The position numbers and the translations under genes are program-made. The notes below the pieces were generated by a model. That model searched no databases. It was not told where the DNA came from and saw only the letters and a program-made list of their open reading frames with translations. This document shows, piece by piece, positions 36,126 through 46,679 of a DNA stretch of 64,000 nucleotides. Source of the DNA: Candidatus Poribacteria bacterium (GTDB taxonomy: Bacteria > Poribacteria > WGA-4E > PCPOR2b); assembly GCA_965208675.1 (NCBI GenBank), contig OZ242351.1:1120001-1184000 (forward strand). Reading direction: 5' to 3'. How positions within the stretch are numbered: position 1 is the stretch's first letter; every line of letters begins with the position of its first letter.

Positions 36126-38504
36126 TTAAAAACCTGGACCAATAGTGAAGTGAATCTTACCTCCCGGCTCTTTAATCCCGTCGCCGTCTCTATCGCGATC
36201 AAATCCATATCCCCATTCTAATCGTGCGAGCATGCCTAGCAAATCAAAGCGGATGCCAATGCCGGCACCTTTCTTGAAATCAAGATCTTTGAAGATATTT
36301 GGGGTACTCTCGTGCCACACATGTCCAATATCAAAGAACACGGCGCCGGTTAACTGTGGGCTGATTGGAATACGATATTCAAAATTCCCGTAAACCATCT
36401 TGTTTCCACCGAAAAATGCGCCATCGCTCGGACTGATTTCATGCCACTCATACCCGCGGATGGTGTCGTCGCCGCCGAGGCGGAAGCGTTCATAGCGAAG
36501 GACGCTGCTATCCTCAATGCGGCTTTTCAAGTATCCGGCTCGCACATGGCTGGCAAAGACAAAATGCCGCCCCGTATTTACAAATAAACTGGAGTCCAGA
36601 GAATATCTTTGAAACCGATTTTCTGCGCCAAAAATGCCACCCGCGTATTCATAAGAGGCTGTGTTGAGAAGCCCAGATACCGGGTAGTAGGAACTCCGCC
36701 AATAGTCGCGCGTATCCCTTGACAAGTAAAACGTCACGCTACGTGTTAAGCGACTAACAATATTCTCACGCTCTCCGGTGACGGGGTCAAAGGCATTGGT
36801 GTAATGAATTCGCTCGTTTTTAAGGCGTACGGATGCATCCATATCTCTAGTGATTGGACGCCCGAGCGTTACAGCGCCGCCTTTACGCGTAAAAACATCC
36901 CGATTGCCCCAAGTATTCAAAGGCCGGCTTGAGTAATTGCTGGTAAACGGCGAATATCTATTATATCGATATGACCTACGGGTATTGTACAAACTCAGAT
37001 TGAGGCGCGTGGGGGTCCCGAGAATCCAGGGTGTATTGAACCGAAGTTCAGCGGTGTGCCGATCTCTGGCGCCTAACTCGCCCTTCAAGTGAATACGGTA
37101 AGCGCGTCCGAAGAGGTTATTTTCGCCGACTTCCGCGACGCCGAAAATTCCACCTTCAGTGCCATAACCGCCTCCCAAACTAAACATACCCGTGCGTGGG
37201 GATTCCGCTACGTTGACGCTAAGATCCCGCAGTGTTCCTTCCGATTCACTTGGTACAAAGTCCACACCTCGAATGAAGGGGCCCATCTGGAAAAGCCGCT
37301 GACGCGCTTTGCGCAGGGAGGCTACATCAAAAAATTCGCCCGATTTTATATCTAAATGATTAAGCTCGCGCCGTATCACATTCTCTCTTGTCTTTTCTAA
37401 ACCGTTGATGCTAACTTTATCAATGACGATGACATCCCCTTCGTTCACGTTCAACGAAATCTTGAGGCTGCCACTTTCTTCGTCATAATCGGGATGAGGA
37501 ACAATCTCGGCTAAGATATAACCCTTATTTTGGTAGGCTTCTTGAATCTCGTCAAGGGATTTTTGGAATTCGCCGCTATTGAAGATTTCGCCCTCAGGCG
37601 GCTCTAACATATCACGAATCTTTTCTTCGGAAAACGCCGGTTTATCCGACTGTTGAAGTTTGATGTCGTACAAATCAACGATGTATTGCGTGCCTTCATC
37701 GACGGTAATGTCCAGCATCATCCCCGTCTTATCATCAGTAAAGCGTTTTGTATAATCGTCGTTGATTTTTGCCTGAGTGTATCCCCTGTCCTGATAATAG
37801 TGAAGCAATGTGAGTAAATCCGCTTTAAGTAAATTTTCGTCAAAATGCTTTCCAACACGGATTTTCATCTGCTTCCCAAGTTTTTTCGAGGAGATTTCAT
37901 CATTGCCAATGAAGTTTATTTCTTGGACTTTTATTCTTGGACCTTCACTAATGTCAAATGTTACCGAAATCGTATTGTTATCTGGATTCAAATCCGCATG
38001 GGTTTGCACGGCAACTAGATAGTAACCAGCGTCTTTGTACGCATTAAGAATCTTCTGCTCGCTTTCCCAACGGCGTTGATCGCTGTAGATTTCGCCTGGT
38101 TTGAGTGTAATCTCTCCATTGATTTTTTTGTAACTCAACTTTTCATTCCCAATAATGTTAATGCCGCCTTCGATTTTGGGGCTTTCCGTCAATCGGTAAA
38201 TGACTTCAAGTCCACCTTCATCTAGCGGTTCAACATCAACGGCAATGTCGGAGAAAAAACCTGTGTCTTTGTAAAGATTTTTGATATCCTTCGTTAATTG
38301 GTCAGGGGAAATCTCTTCGCCGACTTTGGTCTGTATAATAGCACGAAGCATGTCCTCCGGACCGCCTTCCGCTCCTTGAAACGAGATTTTCTTGACAGTC
38401 AAGGCGTCATCGTTTGCGGGTGTTGTTTCTTCAGCATAGAGGCTTACTGAACCCATGACTACGGTAAGCATCACAACCAATAAAACGGTTCTAATCGGGT
38501 TCAC
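36126..38504 (-). CDS. bamA: Outer membrane protein assembly factor BamA
   Basis: POTRA repeats (KTRENVIRREL), ENNLFGRA, IRGY motif, C-terminal HFTIGPGF. Confidence 0.93.
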   Translation of the reverse strand: MNPIRTVLLVVMLTVVMGSVSLYAEETTPANDDALTVKKISFQGAEGGPEDMLRAIIQTKVGEEISPDQLTKDIKNLYKDTGFFSDIAVDVEPLDEGGLEVIYRLTESPKIEGGINIIGNEKLSYKKINGEITLKPGEIYSDQRRWESEQKILNAYKDAGYYLVAVQTHADLNPDNNTISVTFDISEGPRIKVQEINFIGNDEISSKKLGKQMKIRVGKHFDENLLKADLLTLLHYYQDRGYTQAKINDDYTKRFTDDKTGMMLDITVDEGTQYIVDLYDIKLQQSDKPAFSEEKIRDMLEPPEGEIFNSGEFQKSLDEIQEAYQNKGYILAEIVPHPDYDEESGSLKISLNVNEGDVIVIDKVSINGLEKTRENVIRRELNHLDIKSGEFFDVASLRKARQRLFQMGPFIRGVDFVPSESEGTLRDLSVNVAESPRTGMFSLGGGYGTEGGIFGVAEVGENNLFGRAYRIHLKGELGARDRHTAELRFNTPWILGTPTRLNLSLYNTRRSYRYNRYSPFTSNYSSRPLNTWGNRDVFTRKGGAVTLGRPITRDMDASVRLKNERIHYTNAFDPVTGERENIVSRLTRSVTFYLSRDTRDYWRSSYYPVSGLLNTASYEYAGGIFGAENRFQRYSLDSSLFVNTGRHFVFASHVRAGYLKSRIEDSSVLRYERFRLGGDDTIRGYEWHEISPSDGAFFGGNKMVYGNFEYRIPISPQLTGAVFFDIGHVWHESTPNIFKDLDFKKGAGIGIRFDLLGMLARLEWGYGFDRDRDGDGIKEPGGKIHFTIGPGF

Positions 38505-38665
38505 GATGAATTCTCCTTTCTATCGTGTATCCTGCCATCAAGACTCAAGTCAATGCGGCCACCATAGGATGACCTACGTCGAATATGCATTATCGCCGCA
38601 AAAAAATTTTCTAAACGGGAGAATTGTCTCCCTAAAACTCTAAGGTTTACCGAATTATGCCCACA

Positions 38666-39541
38666 TCAATCGGGATAAATTGGGGAACCGACTAGGCCTG
38701 TAATCTGGTGAAATTCCTCAATCAATTTCTGCGTTACGACACCAGGACTCCCAATGCCGATGACTCGGCTATCAATTTTCACAACAGGAATAACTTCAGC
38801 GGCTGTGCCCGTTAAGAAACATTCATCAGCGGTATAAAGGTCATGCCGCGTGAAAATTTTCTCCTCCACAACAAGACCCAGGTCCCTCGCTAAATCAATA
38901 ACGGTATTGCGCGTAACGCCCTCTAGAATGCCAATATGAATGGGTGGGGTGACAACTGTACCATTTTTGACAAAGAAGATGTTGTCACCCGAACACTCGA
39001 CAACATAGCCATCAGCATTAAGCATCAGTGCTTCACCGGCTCCAGCCTGTTTTCCCTCTATATTCGCTAAGATATTGTTGAGGTAGTTCATCGATTTGAC
39101 CCGCGGGTTTATGGCTTCCGCGTAGTTCCGGCGGGTCGGAACCGTTACGATTTCAAGACCGTCCTCATAGCATTCCTGTGGGTAAAGCGCTATGTTATCT
39201 GTGATGATAATTATCGTGGGTTGGTCGCACTTGTCCGGGTCCAGACCGAGATCGCCGACACCACGCGTGATTATCAGACGAATATAAGCGTCGTAAAGAT
39301 TATTTCGGCGAAGCGTTTCCAATACGGCGGCTTCCATCTCCTCGATTGGAACCGCAATCTCCAGCATAATTGCCTTTGCTGAATCGAAAAGCCGCTGTAG
39401 GTGCTCGTCCAACTTAAACACCCGTCCTCTATAGGATCGAATACCTTCAAAAACCCCATCGCCATAGAGGAGGCCGTGATCGAAAACAGAAACCTTAGCT
39501 TCTCCCTTCGGCACATATTGTCCATTAATATAAACTAACAT
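38666..39541 (-). CDS. ilvE: Branched-chain amino acid aminotransferase
   Basis: MLVYINGQYV, DHGLLYGDGVFEGIR, VKSMNYLNN, LEGVTR, FLTGTAAEV. Confidence 0.95.
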   Translation of the reverse strand: MLVYINGQYVPKGEAKVSVFDHGLLYGDGVFEGIRSYRGRVFKLDEHLQRLFDSAKAIMLEIAVPIEEMEAAVLETLRRNNLYDAYIRLIITRGVGDLGLDPDKCDQPTIIIITDNIALYPQECYEDGLEIVTVPTRRNYAEAINPRVKSMNYLNNILANIEGKQAGAGEALMLNADGYVVECSGDNIFFVKNGTVVTPPIHIGILEGVTRNTVIDLARDLGLVVEEKIFTRHDLYTADECFLTGTAAEVIPVVKIDSRVIGIGSPGVVTQKLIEEFHQITGLVGSPIYPD

Positions 39542-39686
39542 AGCAATTTTCCTTCGCACGGCGGGCGACCGTGCGGGTTCCCCTGTAAGAACCATTACTT
39601 AATAAATCGAATACGCATTGCCCGAGATTTCGAACCTCGTTCCTAAACCGGGATACAATCTTCGCTAATGCTCTAAATTTAGCTCC

Positions 39687-40388
39687 TTATGAAGATTGGC
39701 TGTCTATTTGCACCAAATCTGACACTTTTCCATCGGCGAGGATAATGTGTCGATCTGCTCGTCGCGCAATCGCCTGATTATGCGTCACAACGATTAAAGT
39801 TTGACCCAACTGCTTATTAAGGTCCCACAATAAATCAATCACGGCTTCACTTGTCCGACGATCGAGGTTACCCGTCGGTTCATCTGCTAATACGGCTTGG
39901 GGTTGGTTGATTACAGCGCGCGCGATTGCAACGCGCTGCCGCTCGCCGCCGGACAGTTGGCTAGGGTAATGGGCAAGCCGACCTTCTAAACCCACGTAGT
40001 CAAGCAAGTCTTTGGCTCGGACGTATCCCGCCTCTGAGTTTTCGCCGGCAATCCACGCTGCCATCGCTACATTTTCGACTGCTGTAAACTCCCCCAATAG
40101 GTGGTGAAACTGAAAGACAAATCCGATTTCCTGATTTCTGAATCCATCTAAACGTCTGTCATTAAAGTCAAAAATATCTCGATTTTCGTAAAAGATTTGC
40201 CCCCGCGTGGGGCGGTCTAACCCGCCAATTAGATGAAGTAGTGTACTCTTACCAACGCCTGACGCGCCGACAATCGCCAGGATTTCACCTGACTCCACCT
40301 CTAAATCCACCCCTTTGAGAACCGGAAGTTCTGTTAACCCGTCATAATAGGATTTATATAAATCCACAACCCGAATCAGATTACTCAT
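39687..40388 (-). CDS. lolD: Lipoprotein-releasing ABC transporter ATPase LolD
   Basis: [39 protein letters not shown]. Confidence 0.92.
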   Translation of the reverse strand: MSNLIRVVDLYKSYYDGLTELPVLKGVDLEVESGEILAIVGASGVGKSTLLHLIGGLDRPTRGQIFYENRDIFDFNDRRLDGFRNQEIGFVFQFHHLLGEFTAVENVAMAAWIAGENSEAGYVRAKDLLDYVGLEGRLAHYPSQLSGGERQRVAIARAVINQPQAVLADEPTGNLDRRTSEAVIDLLWDLNKQLGQTLIVVTHNQAIARRADRHIILADGKVSDLVQIDSQSS

Positions 40389-41850
40389 ATCTCAGCGCCT
40401 CGACGGGGTTAAGATTCGAAGCTTGCCATGCAGGATACATCGTCGCCAACAGGCAGATTGAGAATGATAGGACGTTCATAAAGCCAACGAAAAACCAGTT
40501 AATTTTAACTGGTAACCGGTTGAGTTGATAAACCTGACTAAAATCTTGCCCAAATATGCTGTCGAGATAGATGGGTTGAATTAGGCAGAAGAGAGACAAA
40601 CCGATTGTCGCCACCCAAACCAATGTGAGTGAGCCTTTTAGCCCGAAATGCAATTTTTTCATTCGCCGCAACGCGAAATGTATCGCAATCGGCAGCAGAA
40701 TCAGCAATGCAAACCAGCGTGAGGGACGGAGTATTTGCAACTCAAGGAACCAACATACGACTAGGCCAAACCCTGTGCCCATTAGCGACCCTAGAATGCC
40801 GATGACAGTTCCTTGAAAGACAAAAATCTTCCGAATTGACCCTTTTGAGCCCCCCATCGCCCTAAGAATTCCAATGTCACGTGTTTTTTCCATGACCATC
40901 ATGATTAGTGTACTTGCGATATTGAATGCGGCGACAATAATAATTAAAGCCTCAATAATCACTGTCACAATTTTTTCTAACTTAAAGGCATCAAATAGGT
41001 GCCCGTGAAGTTCCATCCATGTCTGGGCAATGGGCATAGACCGTAACCCCTCTCCAAAACGAAGTTGTTCAAGGATTCGATTACGGATCGTTTCCGCTAA
41101 ATCGGCATTATCTATATGCACCTCAATCATATTAATTGCGTTCGGTTGTCCATAGGCTTTCTGCGCTGTCTCAAGGTCAATAAAGCCGAACGCATTGTCA
41201 TAGGTATACATCCCAGACTCATAGAACCCGATGACGACAAAATTGCGAATTAAAGGAAGAAAACTGTCAGGTTGAACGGGAGACTGCCGCATTTGGAATA
41301 TCAGCCGGAGAACATCGCCCTTTGAAACTTGCATGCGACTCGCAACATGGTGACCCAAGATTATACCGCCCGCAATCGTTTCTTTTCCAGCCAAACGTTT
41401 CCGCACGTCTTCAATTAGTCGAGCACTCTGGAATTTAACTGACCCGTCGACAAAATTCGAGAATCCTGTTACGTTATCCTCCTTTGCCAAATCAATGCCT
41501 TTGAGGTAAATTGTCGATTCAATTGTGTCTCTATCCTTGGGCCAAACGGCTAGTTGCGTATAAATTACAGGTGAAGCAGCGACAACCCCTTCTACCGATT
41601 CGACTTGTTGAATTTTTTCCTGATAATCCTTAAAGTAAACATCGGGGGATCGAATGATGATGTGGGCTTCATTCGCCAGAAATTTCTGCCTTAAGCCGTA
41701 ATCAAATCCGTTCAAAACAGAGATAACTAGAATGACAGTAGCAATGCCGAGTGCTACCCCGCCGATAGAGATTACGGTGATAATAGAGATAAAAGACTGC
41801 TTGCGCTGCGACCGCAGGTATCGAGAACCAATGAACCATTCATACTTCAT
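40381..41850 (-). CDS. lolE: Lipoprotein-releasing ABC transporter permease LolC/E
   Basis: FIGSRYL...[48 protein letters not shown]. Confidence 0.9.
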   Translation of the reverse strand: MKYEWFIGSRYLRSQRKQSFISIITVISIGGVALGIATVILVISVLNGFDYGLRQKFLANEAHIIIRSPDVYFKDYQEKIQQVESVEGVVAASPVIYTQLAVWPKDRDTIESTIYLKGIDLAKEDNVTGFSNFVDGSVKFQSARLIEDVRKRLAGKETIAGGIILGHHVASRMQVSKGDVLRLIFQMRQSPVQPDSFLPLIRNFVVIGFYESGMYTYDNAFGFIDLETAQKAYGQPNAINMIEVHIDNADLAETIRNRILEQLRFGEGLRSMPIAQTWMELHGHLFDAFKLEKIVTVIIEALIIIVAAFNIASTLIMMVMEKTRDIGILRAMGGSKGSIRKIFVFQGTVIGILGSLMGTGFGLVVCWFLELQILRPSRWFALLILLPIAIHFALRRMKKLHFGLKGSLTLVWVATIGLSLFCLIQPIYLDSIFGQDFSQVYQLNRLPVKINWFFVGFMNVLSFSICLLATMYPAWQASNLNPVEALRYE

Positions 41851-42012
41851 AATTTGTAACACATTAAATGCACAACGTACCTTTCCACGTTATCCAATCC
41901 CTGCCGTTACCTACGGACTCTAGTGACGCGCTTGAGGGATAGCCCCTCAAATCGACCATTAATCCTCCACGCTGCAAAACACGGCATTATAACTAAATCA
42001 GAATTTCGGTAA

Positions 42013-43491
42013 TCACCCATTACGTTCCGGGCGCATTTGCGGGAACAGAATGACATCGCGGATTGAACTCTGGTCAGTGAGCAGCATCGTGAGCCGATCT
42101 ATGCCAATACCGAGTCCTCCCGTCGGCGGCATGCCATATTCCAAGGCACGCAAATAATCTTCATCCATCATAAACGCTTCCTGCTCTCCCGCCTCCCACT
42201 TCTTGGCTTGCTCCATAAATCTTTCCCGCTGGTCAATGGGATTGTTCAATTCACTGAAAGCATTTCCAATTTCCATGCGGCCGATAAAGGGTTCAAACCG
42301 TTCGACCAAGTCGTCATTCCCTCGTTTTTTCTTTGCAAGCGGCGAGATTTCTATGGGATAATCGCAAACGAATGTCGGTTGGACAAGGTTGGGCTCGACC
42401 AACTTATCGAACAGCAGCGCGATTAGATGCCCCTTAGATTCCATGCCCTCTTGCTCGATACCGGCCTGTAATGCAATATCCGCCAACTGCTCGCCACTCA
42501 GATTCCCGACATCAATTCCAGTTTCATCCTCAATAGCCTCAATCATTGAGACTCGGCGCCAAGGAGGTGCAAGGGAGATGTTCTCGCCTTGATAAGTAAT
42601 TTCTGTAGTGTTGAGAACCGTTTCAGCGGTGTGAGCAACGAGGTTTTCCGTCAATTCCATCATATCCCCATAATCCGCATAGGCTTGATAAAGTTCAAGC
42701 ATCGTAAATTCGGGGTTGTGGTCGCGATCCATACCCTCATTCCGAAAATCTCTTGCAAATTCGTACACGCGTTCAAAGCCGCCAACGATTAACCGTTTGA
42801 GATATAGTTCGTTTGCAATGCGGAGATAGAACCGCGAATCTAATGCGTTGTGGTGCGTAACAAAGGGACGAGCAAAAGCACCGCCGTAAATTGGTTGGAG
42901 GATAGGCGTCTCTACTTCAATAAAATCTTGGCGATTGAGGAACTCGCGAATGGCTTGAATAATTTGCGTACGTTGAATAAAGACCTGTTTTACGTCGGGA
43001 TTTACGATTAGATCCGCATACCGCTGACGATACCGTGTCTCCTTGTCCTGAAGGCCGTGCCATTTCTCCGGAAGCGGACGAAGAGATTTTGCCAAAAGCG
43101 TAATTTCATTGACCATCACTGTAATTTCGTCGGTTCGAGTCCTAAAAACGAGTCCTTCTACACCAATGACATCTCCCACATCAAGTGATTTGTATACTGA
43201 ATACGCTTTTTCGCCTACCAAATCCTGTCGCACAAAAATCTGAATTCGGCCTGACATGTCCTGCACATGCGCGAATCCGCTCTTGCCGTGGTCGCGCTTC
43301 GTCATAATACGCCCGGCAATGCAAACAAGCTCAGATTCATCAGGTTGGTGCTCAATGTTGGCAAATTGTTGGTGAATTTCGCGGGTAGTAAAATTTGGCG
43401 AGTAGTTATATGGATATGGCTGAACGTCGAATTGAAAAATCTCTTCCAATTTTTCTCGGCGTTGACGCAACAATCCGCTAGAATCTTCCAA
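42013..43491 (-). CDS. lysS: Lysine--tRNA ligase (class II)
   Basis: LPEKWHGL, YRQRY, FRNEG, HNPEFTMLE, YGMPPTGGLGIGIDRL. Confidence 0.97.
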   Translation of the reverse strand: MEDSSGLLRQRREKLEEIFQFDVQPYPYNYSPNFTTREIHQQFANIEHQPDESELVCIAGRIMTKRDHGKSGFAHVQDMSGRIQIFVRQDLVGEKAYSVYKSLDVGDVIGVEGLVFRTRTDEITVMVNEITLLAKSLRPLPEKWHGLQDKETRYRQRYADLIVNPDVKQVFIQRTQIIQAIREFLNRQDFIEVETPILQPIYGGAFARPFVTHHNALDSRFYLRIANELYLKRLIVGGFERVYEFARDFRNEGMDRDHNPEFTMLELYQAYADYGDMMELTENLVAHTAETVLNTTEITYQGENISLAPPWRRVSMIEAIEDETGIDVGNLSGEQLADIALQAGIEQEGMESKGHLIALLFDKLVEPNLVQPTFVCDYPIEISPLAKKKRGNDDLVERFEPFIGRMEIGNAFSELNNPIDQRERFMEQAKKWEAGEQEAFMMDEDYLRALEYGMPPTGGLGIGIDRLTMLLTDQSSIRDVILFPQMRPERNG

Positions 43492-43530
43492 TGGTGATTC
43501 CTTCCGGAACTGGCTACCTAAACAGCCTGT

Positions 43531-43559
43531 AGTATAGCACGCCTCTAGCTTTTCGGCAA
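43531..43559 (-). promoter_or_regulatory. Putative sigma70 promoter for lysS
   Basis: TTGCCG-N17-TATACT with TG extension. Confidence 0.5.
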
Positions 43560-43592
43560 CAAAAAAAAGTGAAACCTGAGAGGCAATACGAG

Positions 43593-44694
43593 TTAAGTTT
43601 GGCTTCTCTTTTTCAAGTAACTTTCGATAAAAATCTCTAAATTGCCATCCATGACTGCGTCAATGTTTCCCGTTTCAACATTAGTCCGTAAATCTTTTAC
43701 TAACCGATAGGGATGAAACACATAGGATCGGATTTGATTGCCAAAATTGATATCCGGGCGTTCCCCCTGCAGCTTTGTAATCTCTTCGCGGCGGCGCATC
43801 TGATAATGTTCGTAGACCCGTGAACGTAATACTTTCATTGCAAGTTCCCGGTTCTTATGTTGCGACCGCTCATTCTGGCATTGAGCGACGATTCCTGTTG
43901 GAATGTGAGTCATTCGGACTGCAGAATCTGTTCGGTTCACATGCTGTCCGCCGGCGCCGCTTGATCGATAAGTATCAATTCTCAGATCAGCGGGTTGGAT
44001 GTCAATGTCAACAGTCTCGCCGATTTCAGGGGAAACGGCAACCGCAGCGAAGGAAGTGTGGCGGCGGTGATTAAAATCGAATGGCGAAAGACGGACAAGT
44101 CGATGTACGCCGACTTCAGCACTGAGGTAACCGTAGGCATACTCGCCTGAGACCAAAACGGTCGCACTCTTGATTCCCGCTTCCTCACCGGGCATCAGTT
44201 CAATAGTTTCGGTTTGGTAGCCGCGTCGTTCGCACCAACGCGTATACATTCGCAAGAGCATGAACGCCCAGTCCTGGGATTCTGTGCCGCCTGCTCCGGG
44301 GTGAATCGTCAAGATGGCATTACTTAAGTCATGCTTTCCATTAAGCAGGAGCATTGTTTCTACCTGCTCAATCTGCTCCTCAATGCCTTCTAGGTTTTTA
44401 CTAATTTCTCCACTGACACTCTCATCGTTTTCTTCAATTGCCAGTTCAAGTAGAATTTGAATATCTTCTAGCTGGGAGTGGAGTTTCCCATATTGTCCAA
44501 TTTCTTCCTGTAAATTTGCGAGCCGCTGCGTGACTTTTTGGGCGTGTTGAGAGTTGTTCCAGAAATCCGGCTTTGACGCCTCGCTTTGAAGTGCGTCTAT
44601 CTCTTCCGCTTTACTCGCAATGTCAAAGACACCCCCTGAGGTCAAGGAGTCGATTAGAGACCGCTTGGACGTTGAGTTTCAAATCAGCTAGCAT
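43593..44694 (-). CDS. prfB: Peptide chain release factor 2 with programmed +1 frameshift
   Basis: ATG 44694 MLADLKLNVQAVSNRLLDLRGCL, then AGGGGG-TGT-CTT-TGA-C (44637-44622); SPF and GGQ motifs downstream. Confidence 0.97.
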
Positions 44695-44762
44695 ACTTTC
44701 TTCCTTTCAATTTTGCGGTTTACATTGAATCATTTTAGATTCAGGTTCAAGTGCATTCGTGT

Positions 44763-46316
44763 CTACTGTTGCTTTATCTGTTTGCGAAAGGGGATGAATT
44801 TGAAGGCGGTTCCGGCAGCACGAGTGTAGAGCAACAAAACAGTGCAAACGACCGTGCAGATGATTGGCAACCAATCCCCAAAGCGTGTATAGAAGGTGCG
44901 CTGCTGTTCGTTTATGGGGACCTGCGCTATCAAAAAATCCTGGTCGTCCTTGGGAAAAATCGGCTTGGATATTACGTTGCCGTGCGAGTCAATTATACAT
45001 GAAATACCGCCATTCGCGCAACGGAAAACTGGGACGCGGTTCTCGACTGCACGAAGCGGGGCAACTGAGAAATGTTGATGGGGCGCTGCCGTCCCCTCAA
45101 ACCATGCATCATTGGTGAGAATACCCATCACTGTTGCTCCCTTTTTAACAAACTTTCGAAAATGGTTTGGAAACACGGATTCGAAACAGATGGAAATTCC
45201 CATTCGAGCGTCTTCAGTAAATGGAATAGGAAAGATTCCAACCGACTTGCCCGGTTCATAAGGTTTAAACTGGATGAAATTCGGAAGGTAGCGCCCAAGC
45301 GGGACATATTCGCCGAAAGGCACAAGATGCATCTTGGAATAACTGCCGATTTCCTCGCCGTTTGGGGCTAGCAGAAACACCCGATTATAGACCTTAGAGT
45401 CGGGGCTATAGTGCGGCGCCCCAATGAGTAAATTAATCTGTCCATCAGACAATTTCTGCTTCAATTTTTCCCGGTAGGCATTTGGCGCGGAAAAAATTGC
45501 GCCGGGGATAGCAGTCTCAGGTAATACAATGAGATCGGGCCGGGGAGCATTGGCTTTTTCAATCAGATTTACGTACTTATTAAAAATCTTGTTCAAGTTT
45601 TTCCTTTGCCATTTCTCTTCCTGCGGCACGTTGCCGGGGACAAGTGCTATATTTATCGTCGAGGCGGCCTTACGTGGAATGGACATTGAAAATACACCGT
45701 AAATGAGCGAAGCGATAACAACTATGAGCGGCAATGCCGCCGCCTTGAGATGCCTCCGCCAGAATGGACGCGCACATATTAGATTCGCGATCGCGGCATT
45801 GAGGAGTACAATGATGAAGCTGACGCCATGCACACCCGTAATAGATGCAATTTGGATTGCGTACGGGTTGTTCCATTGGCTATATCCCATGCTTCCCCAA
45901 GGAAACCCGGTAAGCATCCAGCTGCGAACCCATTCCAACGCTGTCCAAATCACCGGAACAATGAACATATACCGCAAATTGGATTTCCAGGGAAACCGAA
46001 ACAAGATGGCAGCAAAAATAGCTGGGTAGAGGGAAAGATAAGCAACCAGTGCGGCACATCCTAAAGATGTCACAAAGATGTTCGCAAAGGGATAGAGCAG
46101 TACTATCCAATAGGTCATGCCGAAGAAAAATATGGCTCCGGCAACGTATCCACACCAAAATGCTGTCTTCCAACTCGATGCCGAATTCAAGCTCACCAGA
46201 AGCGGGATAAGCCCCACCCACGCGAGAGGAAACAGATTAAAGTTCGGTTGGCTGAAAATTAGCAAAAGGCCGGATAGGCCTGCGAGGACGAAATTCTGAT
46301 AACGTCTCATGCTCAA
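44763..46316 (-). CDS. lnt: Apolipoprotein N-acyltransferase
   Basis: TGFPW..GYSQ, PETA (E), KMHLVPFGEY (K), ICFES (C), TNDAWF, RAVENR. Confidence 0.95.
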   Translation of the reverse strand: MSMRRYQNFVLAGLSGLLLIFSQPNFNLFPLAWVGLIPLLVSLNSASSWKTAFWCGYVAGAIFFFGMTYWIVLLYPFANIFVTSLGCAALVAYLSLYPAIFAAILFRFPWKSNLRYMFIVPVIWTALEWVRSWMLTGFPWGSMGYSQWNNPYAIQIASITGVHGVSFIIVLLNAAIANLICARPFWRRHLKAAALPLIVVIASLIYGVFSMSIPRKAASTINIALVPGNVPQEEKWQRKNLNKIFNKYVNLIEKANAPRPDLIVLPETAIPGAIFSAPNAYREKLKQKLSDGQINLLIGAPHYSPDSKVYNRVFLLAPNGEEIGSYSKMHLVPFGEYVPLGRYLPNFIQFKPYEPGKSVGIFPIPFTEDARMGISICFESVFPNHFRKFVKKGATVMGILTNDAWFEGTAAPHQHFSVAPLRAVENRVPVFRCANGGISCIIDSHGNVISKPIFPKDDQDFLIAQVPINEQQRTFYTRFGDWLPIICTVVCTVLLLYTRAAGTAFKFIPFRKQIKQQ

Positions 46317-46679
46317 AATAAAAAGTCAAATACGAGTCCTTTATCCCATGCCGCAAACTACTCATCTCAGAGTCAGAGCAAATAGATGCATCCGAATTAA
46401 TGACGAAAACTTCAAAACGCGATGAATCTCAATTACCCACCGCAATACAGAGAACTTGCATTCGCCCCCGCTTGATGTGTAATTCGACCTGGTAAGCTAA
46501 ACTCAGAAAATAGCATGAATGGCGATGCAAGCCAAATGATTGAAATTGGAATAAGAATCTTTGGAGTAGATACAGCGGGGAAAAGGCCGTGCCAAACGGC
46601 AAAAATCTGCTCAAAATCGGAATGCGGGCGAATCCGTGAATCTCAGTGACATCTCGCATGGGAATGCTGGTCAAATCTG

